From NCBI GenBank assembly GCA_030390025.1, contig CM059428.1:68820001-68884000 (forward strand): a stretch of 64,000 bases of DNA. Reading direction: 5' to 3'. The stretch is from Squalus acanthias (taxonomy: Eukaryota). The translations under genes were made by a program, and so were the position numbers. Numbering within the stretch: the stretch's first letter is position 1; the number at the start of each line of letters is the position of its first letter. The notes beneath the pieces are model-generated. The model ran no database searches and was not told the origin of the DNA. It was given only the letters and a program-made list of their open reading frames with translations. Positions 63,280 to 64,000 of the stretch are shown in pieces.

Positions 63280-64000
63280 GGACTCCGACGAAATACGTTT
63301 TATTCATCTTTCATGAAAACACAAGTTTTTGTTAACGTACACAGTGCAGCAGCAATAGGACTGAGCATAATCTGAGTCCTGCAGTAAGAGTATTTCATCT
63401 TTTCAAACCCAAATGAATCAAGTCTATTTGTTTTTTGTTTTCTTCTAAAAGTGAATCGACGGCAGTGAATAAAAGGTCCGACATTCTACTTTTTTATGTT
63501 TGCAACAATGTTTCACATTTAAATGTGCTTTGATGCTTCCGTTCATGGTTTGTGATATCTTTATGTAACAACACACTTTACAGCATATTCACATTTAACT
63601 TCTATCAACATGTCAGCATACGGTAGTTGCTTCTTTGTGGAACTATTTTAACAACATGGATCATCTGTATTTAAACATTATAAAGTTTGATTTACTTAGC
63701 TGATAATTGGTAATTAGTACAATTAAAAGATTGTTGACATGTCCCCCCCCCCCCCCAGTTGTTTGGAAAAATCATCAAACATGGCGATAACTTCTGTGCA
63801 TGCCTTGCTTATCAATGGCAACACTTATTATTAAAATTACAGAAACAGACTACCGCCACGAATAAAAACAAAACACATAAATCGTAAATATCTACAACCA
63901 GCACAGGGCTGCGAAGTCAGAGGTAAGTGGAAAAGTTTTTAGTCTTTTAGTAACTCTAGCACAACTTCCCGATGTCCCGTTAAAATCTGTAAACCAGTGT
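63280..64000 (-). other. Probable distal 3' UTR of HoxA10 (CDS beyond the window)
   Basis: AATAAA at 63299-63304 (minus) about 1.1 kb from miR-196, AU-rich sequence and gene order. No coding sequence is visible, so this is positional inference only. Confidence 0.45.

Overview
This window is the central part of a vertebrate HoxA cluster, with all genes on the minus strand. The protein sequences and compact HoxA4/HoxA7 point to a cartilaginous fish (shark-like), which is an inference. Gene order is HoxA3 (3' end cut by the window start), HoxA4, HoxA5, HoxA6, HoxA7, no HoxA8, HoxA9, miR-196, and probably the 3' UTR of HoxA10 at the right edge. Each gene has two coding exons with a phase-1 GT-AG intron between the hexapeptide/linker and the homeobox; in HoxA9 the ANWLH motif lies in exon 2. 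The non-coding DNA contains two DR5 retinoic-acid response elements, a HoxA3 r5/r6-type enhancer, HB1 intron elements, CTCF boundary motifs, microsatellites and one assembly gap, and I recognised no transposon. The main second-look signals are: (1) uORFs in the leaders of HoxA3, A4, A6, A7 and A9, including a chained uORF-TAATG-uORF-ATGA-CDS relay in HoxA7; (2) a duplicated twin miR-196-site module in the HoxA7 3' UTR, separated by a degenerate ~42-bp repeat that carries AATAAA signals; (3) an E-box-N9-11-CCAAT/CCAGT module at eight promoter-like positions; (4) a HoxA9T-type splice donor whose matching acceptor reads TG instead of AG; (5) candidate antisense and distal transcription units. Comparisons to mammalian sequences are from memory and need alignment to confirm.
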